Below the pieces are notes generated by a model that was not told where the DNA came from, did not search any database, and was given only the letters and a program-made list of their open reading frames with translations. Below, in pieces: positions 22,435 through 31,610 of a stretch of 46,766 bases of DNA (positions are counted from its first letter, which is position 1; every line of letters begins with the position of its first letter). Position numbers and translations under genes: made by a program. Where the stretch lies: the IMG/VR virus record IMGVR_UViG_2877958089_000004; one strand, written 5' to 3'. The stretch is from a virus (lineage: Duplodnaviria; Heunggongvirae; Uroviricota; Caudoviricetes).

Positions 22435-23850
22435 TCAACCTACACCACAAGGAATTGAGTAACTGGAATAGTCGGGTTGCGCAGCCGACTCCGGGCAATG
22501 CATACACATCATCAGCGCATCAGCCAGGTTAGGAGATGGAATACCGAGCTTCTGCTTCATTTCGACCTTAGTCATAAGCTCCAGCTTCCCGTTATTATTG
22601 AATTTGCGCTGAATCTGCGTCAGTTCTGCAAACAGCTTCTCCAGCATCTTCTCGCCTATCGCTTCTTTGTCGAAACTCAGCATGTCGTCTGGGTCTGCAT
22701 ACTCACCGTGAACAACCGCCCGATATGTCAGATACAGCCTGTCAGCCAGCGCGTAATAGAATTGCGCTCGCTTATTGCGAAACACATCGCCAATAGTGCG
22801 AACGTTGTCACCCTTTACGACTTCATCAGCCCATGCTCCGGCCTGATACGGCGCATCTTCATCGAATGGCGATTCGCTGCCTTTGAACATCGTGGCGGTG
22901 ATTTTCTTGCCGGAGAACGCTTCCGTTGTCTGTCTGCGTAGCCCGGCACCAACACCATCACCATCCCACAGGTAGTGGTCAGAGCCGTCTTCAATCGCCA
23001 GCGAAGTAGCCCAGTCAGCACCCTCGTTGATGTCCATCAGCAGACCTTCGGCAATGCGCTTAACTACCGAACCGTGACGCGATGCATAACCTTTAGCATC
23101 TGGCCCTGTATCTGACGGGTCATGTGCAGAAACAACCGCGCCTTTCGCTTTCCATCCGAGTTTCTTGTGCGCATCGGTTGCGGCTTCAAGCCATTCACGT
23201 TTGATGATTGCCATATCACTTGCGCTTACTGGCTCACCAAGCCAGATGTGACGATACAGTGTCGGATTTCTGCGTTTACACTCTTCCATCTCCAGACGGA
23301 GAACTTCAGGAAAATGCGGGTTGTCGGTGTAGTTCACCGTCAGCAGGCAAATATCATCGGGAGGATTTACAACGAATCGCTGATAGGTATCGTCGAGGAT
23401 GTTCTTCGGGTTAAAGCTCACCCATATTTCGGAAAACGGCTTGCGGATGGTTGGTATCAGGATGTCCCATGATTCCTTTGTTACCGCTTCCGCTTCTTCC
23501 ACCCAGCAGATATCAATGCCTTCTAGCGATTTAATCTTCGTTGGGTTGTTTTTTATGCCGTAGAACATGAATTCAGCATTCGTTCCGAGATGACGAATCA
23601 TTGAACGCTGAATTTCAAACTCAGCCGAATACCCTTCACGCTCGATGGTGTCTTCAAGCAACCGGATTACCGAATCGCTGATACTGTTTTGCAGTTCACG
23701 AGCGCAGAGAATACGCACAGGCTGCCGACGCGCCGCTTCAACAAGCAGCCTCGCAATTGCCCATGATTTACCGCTACCTCGACCGCCTTTGGCGACTTTG
23801 TAGCGATGCGCCTCAATGAACGGTTCAAAGATAGGATTAATCGAGGTCAT
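22435..23850 (-). CDS. Terminase large subunit
   Basis: 471 aa; Walker A motif KGGRGSGKS near the N-terminus; C-terminal nuclease-like region. Confidence 0.9.
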   Translation of the reverse strand: MTSINPIFEPFIEAHRYKVAKGGRGSGKSWAIARLLVEAARRQPVRILCARELQNSISDSVIRLLEDTIEREGYSAEFEIQRSMIRHLGTNAEFMFYGIKNNPTKIKSLEGIDICWVEEAEAVTKESWDILIPTIRKPFSEIWVSFNPKNILDDTYQRFVVNPPDDICLLTVNYTDNPHFPEVLRLEMEECKRRNPTLYRHIWLGEPVSASDMAIIKREWLEAATDAHKKLGWKAKGAVVSAHDPSDTGPDAKGYASRHGSVVKRIAEGLLMDINEGADWATSLAIEDGSDHYLWDGDGVGAGLRRQTTEAFSGKKITATMFKGSESPFDEDAPYQAGAWADEVVKGDNVRTIGDVFRNKRAQFYYALADRLYLTYRAVVHGEYADPDDMLSFDKEAIGEKMLEKLFAELTQIQRKFNNNGKLELMTKVEMKQKLGIPSPNLADALMMCMHCPESAAQPDYSSYSIPCGVG

Positions 23851-24269
23851 TTTCCGAATAGAGTGCTCATCGGTGATGTTTCAATCTGGATTGCGCCGCC
23901 GTCCTTACCGACAAGCTCGTTAGTTACCTTGTCGCCATACTTACGGGGATTCATTCTGGCCAGCGCCCATTTGCGGGTATCAACGCGAAGTCTTGCCTTT
24001 GCCACCTCAGCAGCATCTGGAATCGCAGTGTCAGCAATTTCGAATATCTCTTCGAAAATAGAATCAGCTCGTGCCTCAGTTGCCTTCGCGTACTTGTCGC
24101 GAAAATCCTCATGCTTTGCCAACCAGCGGAAAACAGTGGACTTATCCGGCATACCAGGACGCTTACATACTTTCAGCAAACTTTCGCCAGAAGAAAGCAA
24201 CGAGCAGATATCGTCAGCCACCTCCGGCATATAATCAGAGGGGCGACCAGCTTTTGGTTCAGTCGCCAT
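23847..24269 (-). CDS. Terminase small subunit
   Basis: 140-aa ORF directly upstream of and overlapping the large terminase; size matches Sf6-type small terminase. Confidence 0.7.
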   Translation of the reverse strand: MATEPKAGRPSDYMPEVADDICSLLSSGESLLKVCKRPGMPDKSTVFRWLAKHEDFRDKYAKATEARADSIFEEIFEIADTAIPDAAEVAKARLRVDTRKWALARMNPRKYGDKVTNELVGKDGGAIQIETSPMSTLFGK

Positions 24270-24276
24270 ATTTATC

Positions 24277-24468
24277 TCATTTAATTGTCATTTCTGGTCG
24301 TTGGCTCTTCATGCTTTCAATCAATGACTGCTCCAGCAATTCGAGTGTGCCAATCGCCTCACATACACTGATTTCACCATAATCATGGATGACGCTTTCC
24401 AGCCGCTCGTATAGCTCTTGAGTAATTGGGAATTTCTTCTCCTTACCCAAATTGATTACGCGGCTCAC
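24277..24468 (-). CDS. Hypothetical protein
   Basis: 63-aa ORF tightly packed upstream of the small terminase. Confidence 0.4.
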   Translation of the reverse strand: MSRVINLGKEKKFPITQELYERLESVIHDYGEISVCEAIGTLELLEQSLIESMKSQRPEMTIK

Positions 24469-24469
24469 A

Positions 24470-24712
24470 TCATGCTCCGGTGGTGAACAGGTCTAACGCT
24501 TCCTTCGATTTACGCACCGCTTCGATTGTGCGGGTCGTGATATCCGAATTAGCGCCGCCTGACTGGAAGTGAATTTTGAATAGCTCAAGCTTCAACTCGT
24601 CAGTACCAATGAACTGAAATGCTTCTTCTGCGGCTGCGTTCTGGTTCATGACCAGCTTGTAAATCTCTAACTGGAATTTCTGTTCTTCAGTCATGGGAAT
24701 AATCTCTGCCAT
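24470..24712 (-). CDS. Hypothetical protein
   Basis: 80-aa ORF; its stop abuts the start of the following ORF. Confidence 0.4.
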   Translation of the reverse strand: MAEIIPMTEEQKFQLEIYKLVMNQNAAAEEAFQFIGTDELKLELFKIHFQSGGANSDITTRTIEAVRKSKEALDLFTTGA

Positions 24713-25159
24713 TGTTGGCTCCGTTTATCCGTTAAAAGGGATATCAGTTAAGTTATCCCGTGTAGGGTATAAGCCATTGTCGAGACCACTCATTGAATGG
24801 TCTCTGCAATAACCGATGTCTTTCCATCAGTCCGCCACCACAAAGAATCTTTTTTGCCATAAGGCAGGAGGTTCATCTTTCAGTGGCTGCCAGTGTTATT
24901 TCCCCACTTACTGGCTTGGGTTGTTTCGCTGTACTGCCGTAACTGGTTGCCCAGAATAAATTCCGGTTTCATTATCAAGCCCACCCGTAGATAGGCTTTG
25001 TAATGAACTGGCTCTTATCTCAACGAAGCCCCTTACCGCGCGCCAGATGCTCAATATCAAGCATCAGCAATGAGATGTTTAATCTGGATTCACTCCAGAA
25101 GTGATCACCACCCTGTCTACAGAGCCAGATGTGAAGGATGATGAGTAAAATTATCGCTA

Positions 25160-25597
25160 TCATCGAAGGCATTGTGTCCTGATGTACTCCTGCAGGTAGT
25201 TAACCTGCGCGGTTATCCTGTCGATTCCACTTCGGAGACGGTAATAATTGAGTTCAGCATCTGCTGTAAGTCTTGGGCTTTCTCCATCGCCCATGCCGCT
25301 GGCTCCGGTCGTTGACTTTGCACAGGTGGCGGCGACTTGCAGGCGCTTACGACCAGCAGAAACATCAGCACGAAGACTTTCGATAGTCGCGTTTGCATCA
25401 GCAAGCTCCTTTGTGTATCTGGCGTCGAGTTCTGCTACATCACGTTGACGCTTCTGCATGTCAGCGATGATGGATGTGGCTTTATCGCGCTGTTCTTTAT
25501 AGGCGGTGGCGTTATCACGGTAATGATTAACAGCCCATGACAGACAGACGATGATGCAGATAACCAGAGCGGAGATAATCGCGGTTACTCTGCTCAT
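25160..25597 (-). CDS. Rz: i-spanin Rz
   Basis: 145 aa with N-terminal TM segment and coiled-coil periplasmic domain; directly follows the endolysin. Confidence 0.85.
   Translation of the reverse strand: MSRVTAIISALVICIIVCLSWAVNHYRDNATAYKEQRDKATSIIADMQKRQRDVAELDARYTKELADANATIESLRADVSAGRKRLQVAATCAKSTTGASGMGDGESPRLTADAELNYYRLRSGIDRITAQVNYLQEYIRTQCLR
25213..25404 (-). CDS. Rz1: o-spanin Rz1 (lipoprotein embedded in Rz in another frame)
   Basis: Embedded ORF with lipobox LVVSAC and Pro-rich region [14 protein letters not shown]; precise start uncertain. Confidence 0.75.
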   Translation of the reverse strand: MLMQTRLSKVFVLMFLLVVSACKSPPPVQSQRPEPAAWAMEKAQDLQQMLNSIITVSEVESTG

Positions 25598-26070
25598 ACC
25601 TCAATCTCTCTGACCGTTCCGCCAGCCTCTTTGAATTTTGCAATCAGGTTGTCAGCCTTATGCTCGAACTGACCATAACCAGCGCCCGGCAGTGAAGCCC
25701 AGATATTGCTGCAACGGTCGATAGCCTGACGAATATCACCGCGATCAATCATCGGCAAAGCGCCACGCTCCTTAATCTGCTGCAATGCCACAGCGTCCTG
25801 GCTTTTGGGAGAGAAGTCTTTCAGGCCAAGCTGCTTGCGGTAGGCATCCCACCAACGGGAAAGAAGCTGGTAGCGTCCGGCGGCTGTTGATTTGAGTTTG
25901 GGGTTTAGCGTGACAAGTTTGCGAGGGTGATCGGAGTAATCAGTGAATAGCTCTCCGCCAACAATGACGTCATAACCATGATTTCTGGTTTTCTGCCGTC
26001 CGTTATCAGTTCCCTCTGACCACGCCAGCATATCGAGGAACGCCTTACGTTGATTATTGATTTCCACCAT
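25594..26070 (-). CDS. R: Endolysin, lambda R-type lytic transglycosylase
   Basis: 158 aa, [39 protein letters not shown]... essentially matches lambda R. Confidence 0.95.
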   Translation of the reverse strand: MVEINNQRKAFLDMLAWSEGTDNGRQKTRNHGYDVIVGGELFTDYSDHPRKLVTLNPKLKSTAAGRYQLLSRWWDAYRKQLGLKDFSPKSQDAVALQQIKERGALPMIDRGDIRQAIDRCSNIWASLPGAGYGQFEHKADNLIAKFKEAGGTVREIEV

Positions 26071-26377
26071 CTTCTACTCCGGCTTTTTTAGCAGCGAAGC
26101 GTTTGATAAGCGAACCAATCGAGTCAGTACCGATGTAGCCGATAAACACGCTCGTTATATAAGCGAGATTGCTACTTAGTCCGGCGAAGTCGAGAAGGTC
26201 ACGAATGAACCAGGCGATAATGGCGCACATCGTTGCGTCGATTACTGTTTTTGTAAACGCACCGCCATTATATCTGCCGCGAAGGTACGCCATTGCAAAC
26301 GCAAGGATTGCCCCGATGCCTTGTTCCTTTGCCGCGAGAATGGCGGCTAACAGGTCATGTTTTTCTGGCATCTTCAT
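26054..26377 (-). CDS. S: Holin, lambda S-type (class I)
   Basis: 107 aa, [39 protein letters not shown]... with dual-start MKM motif as in lambda S107/S105. Confidence 0.95.
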   Translation of the reverse strand: MKMPEKHDLLAAILAAKEQGIGAILAFAMAYLRGRYNGGAFTKTVIDATMCAIIAWFIRDLLDFAGLSSNLAYITSVFIGYIGTDSIGSLIKRFAAKKAGVEDGGNQ

Positions 26378-26904
26378 GTCTTACCCCCAATAAGGGGATT
26401 TGCTCTATTTAATTAGGAATAAGGTCGATTACTGATAGAACAAATCCAGGCTACTGCGTTTAGTAATCAGATTTGTTCGTGACCGATATGCACGGGCAAA
26501 ACGGCAGGAGGTTGTTAGCGCGACCTCCTGTCACCCGCTTTCACGAAGATCATGTGTAGAAGGCCGCAGCATAACTATCACTGATGAATTCAGGACATCC
26601 AGTGGCTACGGCTCAGTTTGGATTGTGGCGACCGGTGCTGATCTCCGGTTTGCTGCAACTGCCTACAGCGGGCTACGTGGCCACACCGAATCCAGCGAAA
26701 GATTCTTGCCCTTACACATCAGCCTGTGCATTCACCACAACGATAAGAGCACTGCGCGGCACCTTTCACCAATTCCGCGAGGTCTGAGGGTTCAATGCTC
26801 TTACCTGTTGTGCAAACAAAAAAAGCCACCGTTGCAACTTAAGAGTCACTAACGGCAGCTTATGCGAATAGTGTTGCTCATTTGCTCAATGATGTCAACA
26901 CGTT

Positions 26905-27393
26905 CTACGCTACATGTTTAATTTTCTCTACACGTTTCCGGTTTTTAAACGCACTATCCAGAACCGGGTAAATCATAAACAACGAGGCATTGAGGATTTC
27001 GTCAACTTCCCGACGACAGGTTGCGAGCGATGGTTTTTGAATGCGCCCGCCGCCCCGGCATAACATCTTGCGAGGTCTTGCGACGCGATGATAGTAAGAT
27101 GCAATGGCGTGCTTGGAAGAACCGTGGGCGTAGTAGCTGAGGAGGATGCCAAAGGCTTTCTTGTCAATGTACATGACGGAATCGACGACCTGAGAAATCA
27201 ACATTCCATCATCATCATTGCACATCGGCCTTGTCATAACTCTTCCCGGCTCTACGCTCTCCATGAACTTCGCTATTACGCTGCTCATGCGCTTTTCAAG
27301 ACGACCTGAATAAACCCATGCTCCCCACAGTTCAAGCCAGCCATTCAGCCAATCGTGCTGCTCTTTGGTGAGGTTTAGTTCTCTTATGCTCAT
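26905..27393 (-). CDS. Putative late-gene antiterminator (Q-like)
   Basis: 162-aa ORF positioned between ninH/rusA and the lysis cassette, followed by a ~530 bp non-coding region before S; called by position, not by recognised motif. Confidence 0.55.
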   Translation of the reverse strand: MSIRELNLTKEQHDWLNGWLELWGAWVYSGRLEKRMSSVIAKFMESVEPGRVMTRPMCNDDDGMLISQVVDSVMYIDKKAFGILLSYYAHGSSKHAIASYYHRVARPRKMLCRGGGRIQKPSLATCRREVDEILNASLFMIYPVLDSAFKNRKRVEKIKHVA

Positions 27394-27578
27394 CGTCTTC
27401 CCCTCTTGCCCTGTTTGACCATCAGGACGCCGTTAACTATTACATGACGCTCGCCTTTGCTGTCTCGGTTGTACTTGAGCACCGTTCCTCTTGCGCAGGA
27501 AAGCATCCTCGCCACTTCGGTCTGATTGCCTCGTGTCTGGATAAGAAGCTCTGGTATCGTTTGAATTGTGGCGTTCAT
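27390..27578 (-). CDS. ninH: NinH-like protein
   Basis: 62 aa; IQTIPELLIQTRGNQTEVARMLSCARGTVLKYNRD resembles lambda NinH. Confidence 0.8.
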   Translation of the reverse strand: MNATIQTIPELLIQTRGNQTEVARMLSCARGTVLKYNRDSKGERHVIVNGVLMVKQGKRGRR

Positions 27579-27937
27579 ACGTTCTCCAGTTCGGTGATTT
27601 TTATTCCAAGCCTTCCGCCTGGTACTTTCACGCCACGAATTACGCGAATGTCATCGAATTGCTCGTCGTCTTCCGCAAATCCGGCGTGGATAAGGGAGTC
27701 GAGTAAACCTTTAAGAATGTTGTCGAGGTCGCGGCGGCGGGAGTCTGGAACGTCTGCGATGACTTTGATACGGAGCCGTGATTTGGTGAAAATATCTAAC
27801 TTGAGTTGGCGGATGATTTGCTGAACGTCTTTTCGGTATTTCTGGCCTTTATCGCTGATGTAGTATTGGCTTCCCCTTCTTCGCCAGTAGGTGTTCAGCG
27901 ACGGCGGGTATGGAAGCACAAACTGATATTCGTTCAT
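27575..27937 (-). CDS. rusA: RusA-family Holliday junction resolvase
   Basis: 120 aa with LPYPPSLNTYW and RRRDLDN motifs characteristic of RusA. Confidence 0.85.
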   Translation of the reverse strand: MNEYQFVLPYPPSLNTYWRRRGSQYYISDKGQKYRKDVQQIIRQLKLDIFTKSRLRIKVIADVPDSRRRDLDNILKGLLDSLIHAGFAEDDEQFDDIRVIRGVKVPGGRLGIKITELENV

Positions 27938-28224
27938 GGCTTAATCTTCCCCTCCTTCAGCAGTATCGCCTGCGTCCTGATCACGCCTTCGAGGTGGTAA
28001 AGTCTGGCGTCTTTGTTGTCGAGATTATGGGTGCGTCGGTCGATCTCCGCGTGGCAGTCACTACAAGCCCATGCACCGATCAGGTCGTCAGGCTTCATTC
28101 CAGTTCCGCAAATTCCAGCCATCCGGTAATGTGCCAGAACTGTAGTTTCAGGATTGCCATTGCATACGCCGTAAATACGTACCTGGCATTCTCTGCCGCG
28201 TGCTTCTTTGCGTAGATTAGCCAT
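27934..28224 (-). CDS. ybcO: YbcO-like protein (DUF1364, putative nuclease)
   Basis: 96 aa; GRECQVRIYGVCNGNPETTVLAH...CSDCHAEIDRRTH resembles DLP12 YbcO. Confidence 0.75.
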   Translation of the reverse strand: MANLRKEARGRECQVRIYGVCNGNPETTVLAHYRMAGICGTGMKPDDLIGAWACSDCHAEIDRRTHNLDNKDARLYHLEGVIRTQAILLKEGKIKP

Positions 28225-28946
28225 TAAGCAGCCTCCCCTGTTACTTTCAGCATTCCGTTATCGAGCAGCTTTCTGGTCAGCCACTGTTGACCACGCCCGG
28301 TGATTTTTGTGGTGAACGATATCTGTATTCCGTGATTTGTGTTGACCGCTGTTTCTTTTACGGTGAAATAGCCGCGATCCATATATTCCTGCATTGGCAC
28401 ATTTCGCCGGGAACCTGAAGCAATAAGGATTTTGTGATCACGCATCCACGCAAACAGTTTGTTTGGACCAATACCGACAACCTTTGCAAAGTTTCCAATC
28501 AAAATTCCGCTGGCCTCGCCAACGCGATCGGCAAACTCAACTTTAGGTGCGGCAATTGCGAGCTGGTTTTCCAGTTGCATTTTCTGCTCAGCAAGGTCAG
28601 CAGCAAGGCGCAACGCTTCCGGTAGCGTTTTGGGGATATTAACCGCAGCTTCTTCAAGCTCTCGCCAGCGGTCAACAAGGCGAGCGGTGAACTCTGGCGA
28701 CAACTGGGCAACAACGACAATACTGTCTCGCTTACCTTGTTCGCCCTCGAAGACGTAATGCTCGTACTGAACATTGAACCCTAAGTTATTGATTCTTTCG
28801 GAAACCTCAATTTGAGGAAGCCGGATAACACCATTTTTAGCCAGCGTTTCGATGGTACGTTTCACATTGTCATGACGCTTACCAACCAACTCAGCGATTT
28901 CAATGCTTGTCATTTTGATGGCATTGCCATTTATTAACTCATTCAT
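28224..28946 (-). CDS. Phage antirepressor-like protein (Rha N-terminal domain + KilAC C-terminal domain)
   Basis: 240 aa; N-terminal Rha-type region and C-terminal KilA-C/ANT-type region; sits in the nin region. Confidence 0.65.
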   Translation of the reverse strand: MNELINGNAIKMTSIEIAELVGKRHDNVKRTIETLAKNGVIRLPQIEVSERINNLGFNVQYEHYVFEGEQGKRDSIVVVAQLSPEFTARLVDRWRELEEAAVNIPKTLPEALRLAADLAEQKMQLENQLAIAAPKVEFADRVGEASGILIGNFAKVVGIGPNKLFAWMRDHKILIASGSRRNVPMQEYMDRGYFTVKETAVNTNHGIQISFTTKITGRGQQWLTRKLLDNGMLKVTGEAA

Positions 28947-29109
28947 CGTCTTCTTCCTCGTACATTGAGCTATTCGGATCGCTCATCAGCTCTGCGCAGC
29001 AATCGGAGCACACGTGAACTTCCAGCATATGCAGCTTCTGACCGCAATTAGCGCACGTTAAAGCCCGCTCGACGCTTTGTTGTTCGTAACTTCGATTTGG
29101 GTCAATCAC
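28939..29109 (-). CDS. ninF: NinF-like small zinc-binding protein
   Basis: 56-aa ORF (GTG start) ending …[44 protein letters not shown], close to lambda NinF; stop overlaps the downstream ATG (ATGAATGA). Confidence 0.6.
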   Translation of the reverse strand: MIDPNRSYEQQSVERALTCANCGQKLHMLEVHVCSDCCAELMSDPNSSMYEEEDDE

Positions 29110-29284
29110 CTTGTTTTCCTCGCACGTTCTCTAAGCCACCGGATATCCCACAGGTGAGCCGTGTAGTTGAAGGTTTTTACGTCAGATTCTTTTGGGATTG
29201 GCTTGGGTTTATTTCTGGAGCGTTTCGTTGGAAGGTATTTGCAGTTTTCGCAGATTATGTCGGTGATACTTCGTCGCTGTCGTC

Positions 29285-29815
29285 TCATGCCGCCCTCCTG
29301 GCGCCCTGCCCGATCGCCATCAATGCCGATTTGGATACGGTAGTAAACATCCGTCGAGGACTGATGAACGGTCGCCAAATCAGCAGCATTGAGCCTTTGC
29401 TGTTTCCCTTCTTCTCCAGCCCCGTCGATGGTTCGATAAAATTAATCCGTCCATCAGTGATAATGCGAACTTCGTCGACACTCTCCAGAGCCTTGCTGAA
29501 CCATCCGACTGACATATCCTCTGGCACAAGCATAACTACCGTCTGTCGCTGTTGTATGCTCTGCTCAGCGGCTTTTTCCACCCACGGCCTGATATTGCTG
29601 TACGGTGGGTTATTCCAGATTGCACCGTGGCTTATCCACTCAGAATTGAGTGCGTCGTCGGCCTCAGTTAGCCAGTGAGCGCACAGAGCATTTTTGTCGC
29701 TCGCAGCTGAATCCAGCCAGAATCCAAACTCAATATCCAGCGCATCAAAAAGCCAAAGCGGCGTTTGCCAGCAGTCTCTAACTTCTTTTGGTGTTTCTGA
29801 TTTATGCTTAATCAT
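29285..29815 (-). CDS. dam: Phage orphan DNA N6-adenine methyltransferase (Dam family)
   Basis: 176 aa with catalytic NPPY motif (…[11 protein letters not shown]…) and the N-terminal [12 protein letters not shown] region typical of phage Dam; no adjacent restriction endonuclease gene. Confidence 0.8.
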   Translation of the reverse strand: MIKHKSETPKEVRDCWQTPLWLFDALDIEFGFWLDSAASDKNALCAHWLTEADDALNSEWISHGAIWNNPPYSNIRPWVEKAAEQSIQQRQTVVMLVPEDMSVGWFSKALESVDEVRIITDGRINFIEPSTGLEKKGNSKGSMLLIWRPFISPRRMFTTVSKSALMAIGQGARRAA

Positions 29816-30340
29816 TCAACCCTCGCATATTGTCCGTGATATTTGTTGATAGCCTCACTGGCAACCAAACCAGCAAGCTCAAGATCTTCATAGAACCCAA
29901 AATGCAACCGGCCAAAATCTGTGCGCACTTGAACGGCCCATTTATTTTTTTTGCTTGTTCCATAAAACATTTTTTATTCCAGAACGGCTATTGCACTTAG
30001 TTTTCTGATTTCGGCTGTTTGCTATCCGGCTTGCCTCCCTAAGATTTTTTGGGGAATTGTCCAGCCTGTTTCCGTTAATATGGTCAATATTTTTCAATGG
30101 CATTCTTTTGTTGTGCAGCGCAAAAACAACTACGTGAACAAACATCTGAATGCCTGCAAAACACACCTGTCTATACCCAGATCCATTTATCGATGTTTTA
30201 ATTTCATCTCCGGCCCGGTGGCTGTGGTTGGGGTGTTTTAGCGAGTCCTTTTTGTACCTGACTGTATCTCCGTCTAAATACAGATAATCCTCAATAAGCC
30301 GATACCTATCTGACGCTGGCGTATTTGATTTGATAGTCAT
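29812..30340 (-). pseudogene. HNH (HNH_3) + AP2-domain endonuclease gene, frameshifted at a homopolymer
   Basis: HNH region (…HVVVFALHNKRMPLKNIDHINGNRLDNSPKNL…) ends in a stop inside an 8-nt T run (29945-29952); the AP2-like region (WAVQVRTDFGRLHFGFYEDLELAGLVASEAINKYHG) continues in the +1 frame to a stop overlapping the dam start. Confidence 0.7.
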
Positions 30341-30783
30341 GCAGCCTTCCCTTTTCGTTGTGACCATTCATACTCTCGCCGGGAGTCATCACTCCACCGC
30401 ACGTTGCGCTCTGAGCCGAACCAGAACATGATTTCGATAAGCTCAGTCATGTTGGCCTTTCGCATTTTGCTGGTACGCACGCCAAGCATGACAACGCCAC
30501 CGTCGATACCAGGCGCACTTCTTTGCTCCAGTTTTTTTGTCTTAAGCCACAGGGCAGTGAACAGATCTTTCCAGTCCTCCGGCGCAAGTCTCTTTCCATG
30601 CCAAAGCACCTGACGTGATACGTCCTGCAATAACGCCCACATAAGGCGGTTTTGAGGATTACTCCGCTTGGGTTCTTTAACGTGGACTTCGTGGGGTGAT
30701 TTGTCGTCGATGGGAAGTGAGAGTATTGCGTCTATGGCGTTGTTTCTGATTTCTTCGTTGCGAAGCATGTATATTTGCTTCAT
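30337..30783 (-). CDS. ninB: NinB/Orf-family recombination mediator
   Basis: 148 aa; …NPQNRLMWALLQDVSRQVLWHGKRLAPEDWKDLFTA… parallels lambda NinB. Confidence 0.85.
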   Translation of the reverse strand: MKQIYMLRNEEIRNNAIDAILSLPIDDKSPHEVHVKEPKRSNPQNRLMWALLQDVSRQVLWHGKRLAPEDWKDLFTALWLKTKKLEQRSAPGIDGGVVMLGVRTSKMRKANMTELIEIMFWFGSERNVRWSDDSRREYEWSQRKGKAA

Positions 30784-30785
30784 CG

Positions 30786-31028
30786 TTACTCCTTCACTTT
30801 GACTCCAGCGGCGCTTAGCTCTTTTCTCATGTCATCTCTGCGGTGGTAAGTCCCGCCAGAAGCGTCTATTCCATGAGATGGCCATTTAATTTCGATAGCT
30901 GCGCGAGACTTAACCCATGACTGCCAAGCAATCATCTTGATGGCCTGAACGTGAAGTTCTTCGCTGTTGTTAATAGACTCGAACTCTTCACCAAACCACT
31001 CCAAAAACTGCTTTCTTGATTCGTCCAT
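30786..31028 (-). CDS. Hypothetical protein
   Basis: 80-aa ORF tightly packed upstream of ninB. Confidence 0.45.
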   Translation of the reverse strand: MDESRKQFLEWFGEEFESINNSEELHVQAIKMIAWQSWVKSRAAIEIKWPSHGIDASGGTYHRRDDMRKELSAAGVKVKE

Positions 31029-31039
31029 ATCAATCCCCG

Positions 31040-31240
31040 TTATGACAGGTTAATTTTCACCCAGCCCTTCCCACGCACATTTGCAACAAGCCCTTTCTTT
31101 CTCAGGTATTGCATACGGCGATCGATGGTTTCGATATACATTCCATTGCTCCGCCATTTAAGCCAGATATCAAAAACAGGTGTTGGTCTTTCACTCAGCA
31201 TTGAAAGAATGTTTTGATCTAATTTTTCGTACTTGCTCAC
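31040..31240 (-). CDS. Hypothetical small protein
   Basis: 66-aa ORF whose start overlaps the stop of the upstream ORF. Confidence 0.45.
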   Translation of the reverse strand: MSKYEKLDQNILSMLSERPTPVFDIWLKWRSNGMYIETIDRRMQYLRKKGLVANVRGKGWVKINLS

Positions 31241-31578
31241 AAATACCCTCTCTCACTTAATCGCGCCCACGCTTCGTTAAACTCATCTCTGGTTGCGCCG
31301 GATTTTCTTTCTTCAAACATCATGCATTCGCTGATGTCTCCCCATGACTTTGGTCGCTTTTCAGCGAACAGATCATCCCATTCGAATACCCAGCGTCCTG
31401 ATTTTCGGTAGTGGTAAATGGTCAGCCATGTTGTGCTGTTCGCTGGATACCCATAGAGAACTTCGACTTTTTGATCACGGTCTTTATGCTTTTTCAGCAG
31501 GATAAAGCCAGCAACCAGCGAAGCTCCGGCAAGAATGATGATTGGAATTTGCCAGTCAGCCACACTTCCCTCTCCCAC
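31237..31578 (-). CDS. Hypothetical protein with N-terminal transmembrane segment
   Basis: 113 aa; hydrophobic segment IPIIILAGASLVAGFILL followed by a soluble domain. Confidence 0.45.
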   Translation of the reverse strand: MGEGSVADWQIPIIILAGASLVAGFILLKKHKDRDQKVEVLYGYPANSTTWLTIYHYRKSGRWVFEWDDLFAEKRPKSWGDISECMMFEERKSGATRDEFNEAWARLSERGYL

Positions 31579-31610
31579 AAATAAAAAGGCCTGCGATTAC
31601 CAGCAGGCCT

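Noticed and set aside
26378-26904. Possible tRNA gene or intrinsic terminator in the Q-S intergenic region
   Set aside because: I could not find a cloverleaf or a convincing hairpin plus U-tract on the transcribed strand; the region probably holds the late promoter and qut site but I cannot place them.
29106-29378. 90-aa minus-strand ORF overlapping the end of dam
   Set aside because: It overlaps the well-supported methyltransferase ORF in another frame; the short NinF-like frame is the better call for the 28939-29109 interval.
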